Part shown: piece after piece, positions 62,415-64,000 of the stretch
Numbering within the stretch: the first letter of the stretch is position 1
Layout: each line of letters opens with the position of its first letter
Assembly: GCA_963755915.1 (NCBI GenBank)
Contig: CAVWLP010000002.1
Span: 4,320,001-4,384,000, forward strand
DNA length: 64,000 bases
Direction of reading: 5' to 3'
Source of the DNA: an uncultured Phycisphaerales bacterium
Lineage (GTDB): Bacteria > Planctomycetota > Phycisphaerae > Tepidisphaerales > Tepidisphaeraceae
Made by a program: the position numbers and the translations under genes
Notes under the pieces: generated by a model
What the model saw: only the letters and a program-made list of their open reading frames with translations
Told to the model about the DNA's origin: nothing
Database searches by the model: none

Positions 62415-64000
62415 ATGAGCAGGACATTAATTACACTCGCGATCCTGCTGGCCATCGTCGCCATGGGGTATCCCTACATCAACCACAAAGCCCCCGCCGC
62501 CGTCCCCTCCACCCGCCCCGACCTCTCCGCCGACCAGATCTCCGCTGCATCACTCTCCGGCCTGCTCCACGTCAACCCCTACACCCAGCTCCGCGGCCAC
62601 TCGGGATTCTGGCGCCTGGGTGAAGACCAGTCCGGTGTCTGGTGGTTCGTCTCCCCCGAAGGAAAACAGGAATTCCTCAACACCGTCACCACTGTCCAGC
62701 CCATGCAGGATGGCCGCGACAAAGATGCCGTCCACTTCGTCTCCACCGACTGGGACGGCCGCGACCGCGATGCCGACCTCAACCTCTGGGCCAAGGCAAC
62801 CCTCAAGCGCGTCTACGACTACGGCTTCAAGGGCCTCGGCGCCTGGTGCAACCCCGCATTCCACAACCTCGACGTCCCCATGGCCCAGGACCTCAACCTC
62901 TGGGCCTGGGTCACCGACGAATCCAAACGCTTTTATTCCCCCGAATGGGCCGACATGGTCGGCACCGCCGTTAAAGAGCAAGTCCCCCAACTCCGCACCA
63001 ACCGCAATCTCGTCGGCTACTATCTCGACAACGAGCTCGACTGGGGCGACGGCTTCGCCGGCCCCGGCGCTTACTTCGACAACCTCCCCGCCAGCGATCC
63101 CAATCGCGAGCAGGTCATCCAGACCATTCATTTCCTCTGGCCCCAGCTCCACGATTTCAACACCGCCTGGGAGACCAAACTCACCGACTGGTCCCAGCTC
63201 GACTCCTGGGTCGCCCTCCCCCGCGAGCAGGCCCAGGCCTACGACAAGCTCAGCACCGCCTGGCTCCTCCATCTCGCCAACGACTATTTCCGCCTCACCA
63301 CCTCCCTGGTTCACCGCTATGACCCCAACCACCTGATCCTCGGCGTTCGCTACAAAGGCCTCGCCCCCGAGCAGGTCGTATCCGCCTCAAGAGATTACAC
63401 CGATGCCCAATCCCTCAACTATTACGTCTCCGACGCCCGCCTCGACTCCGACATGTTTCACATGATGTATCAGCGCTCCGGACAGCCGGTCATCATCAGC
63501 GAATACTCCTTCCACGCCATGGACGGCCAAAGCGGCAACCTCGACGCCGTTGGCTTCAGCGCCCAGGTCCCCGACCAGCAGGCCCGCGCCGATGGCTATC
63601 GCCTCATGACCACTCGCCTCGCCCGCGTCCCCTACATCATCGGCGCCGACTGGTTCCAGTGGTGCGATGAGCCCCCGCTTGGCCGCGCCAGCGACGGCGA
63701 AGACGTCAACTTCGGCGTCGTCGATGTCCACGACAAGCCCTACACCCTCCTCGTCGATTCCATCCAGAAAACCGCCCCCCTCCTCGATCCCATCCACGCC
63801 CGCAGCGCAGCCGATTCTCAGTCCGATGTCTGGCGCGAGAGCTATTCCATCAAGCCCGCCATGCACGTCCCCTTCCTGGTCCACCCGCCCACCCTCGACG
63901 GCGATCTCTCCCAATGGACCGCCCTCGCCCCCCTCGACGGAATTCGCCGCGAGCAAACCGTCGGACTCGACCGCTGCAAAATCCGCTCCCCCGACGTCTT
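62415..64000 (+). CDS. Secreted or anchored clan GH-A glycoside hydrolase, GH50 (agarase-like) type, with start of a CBM9-like domain (partial)
   Basis: Translated by hand from ATG 62415: N-terminal TM/signal, GVWWFVSPEG, LVGYYLDNEL, DPNHLILGVRY, PVIISEY, GADWFQWCDEP..GR..DGEDVNFG, PTLDGDLSQW. Confidence 0.75.
   Translation, partial: MSRTLITLAILLAIVAMGYPYINHKAPAAVPSTRPDLSADQISAASLSGLLHVNPYTQLRGHSGFWRLGEDQSGVWWFVSPEGKQEFLNTVTTVQPMQDGRDKDAVHFVSTDWDGRDRDADLNLWAKATLKRVYDYGFKGLGAWCNPAFHNLDVPMAQDLNLWAWVTDESKRFYSPEWADMVGTAVKEQVPQLRTNRNLVGYYLDNELDWGDGFAGPGAYFDNLPASDPNREQVIQTIHFLWPQLHDFNTAWETKLTDWSQLDSWVALPREQAQAYDKLSTAWLLHLANDYFRLTTSLVHRYDPNHLILGVRYKGLAPEQVVSASRDYTDAQSLNYYVSDARLDSDMFHMMYQRSGQPVIISEYSFHAMDGQSGNLDAVGFSAQVPDQQARADGYRLMTTRLARVPYIIGADWFQWCDEPPLGRASDGEDVNFGVVDVHDKPYTLLVDSIQKTAPLLDPIHARSAADSQSDVWRESYSIKPAMHVPFLVHPPTLDGDLSQWTALAPLDGIRREQTVGLDRCKIRSPDV

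Overview
GC-rich bacterial chromosome segment. Several features point to Planctomycetota, probably Phycisphaerae/Tepidisphaerales-like (inference): LEPR-XLL N-termini, a DUF1559/H-X9-DG pilin-like protein, PEP-CTERM proteins, a XylR-type regulator, CxxCGYDLR zinc-ribbon membrane proteins and an ECF sigma factor with a C-terminal extension. About 20 single-base frameshifts, mostly in short homopolymers and including four in fusA, look like long-read consensus errors, so I rejoined the split ORFs by eye. Best system candidate (2.4-16.0 kb): a beta-1,3-glucan utilisation locus with GH149 phosphorylase, GH158-like and GH16 glucanases and a XylR-type regulator but no SusC/D or ABC importer. It has two PEP-CTERM proteins and a DUF1559 pilin-like protein instead, each preceded by the same exactly spaced motif TGCCGCA-N12-ATTTACGC. 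Other notable items: an nhaA-I (Li+-I)-like riboswitch before an ArsB/NhaD-type transporter; a BrnT toxin with an atypical HTH antitoxin between 73-bp direct repeats; an ECF sigma/serine-hydrolase fusion; two perfect palindromes in frame in an anti-sigma gene; a GAFTGA-less enhancer-binding protein opposite a sigma54-like promoter; three tandem GT-C glycosyltransferases; and patchwork GC-skew domains. The rest is metabolic or housekeeping (Prx, OYE, rlmN, glpD, P450, pntAB, fusA). I saw no rRNA, tRNA, CRISPR array, integrase or transposase. All family assignments come from remembered motifs, not database searches.
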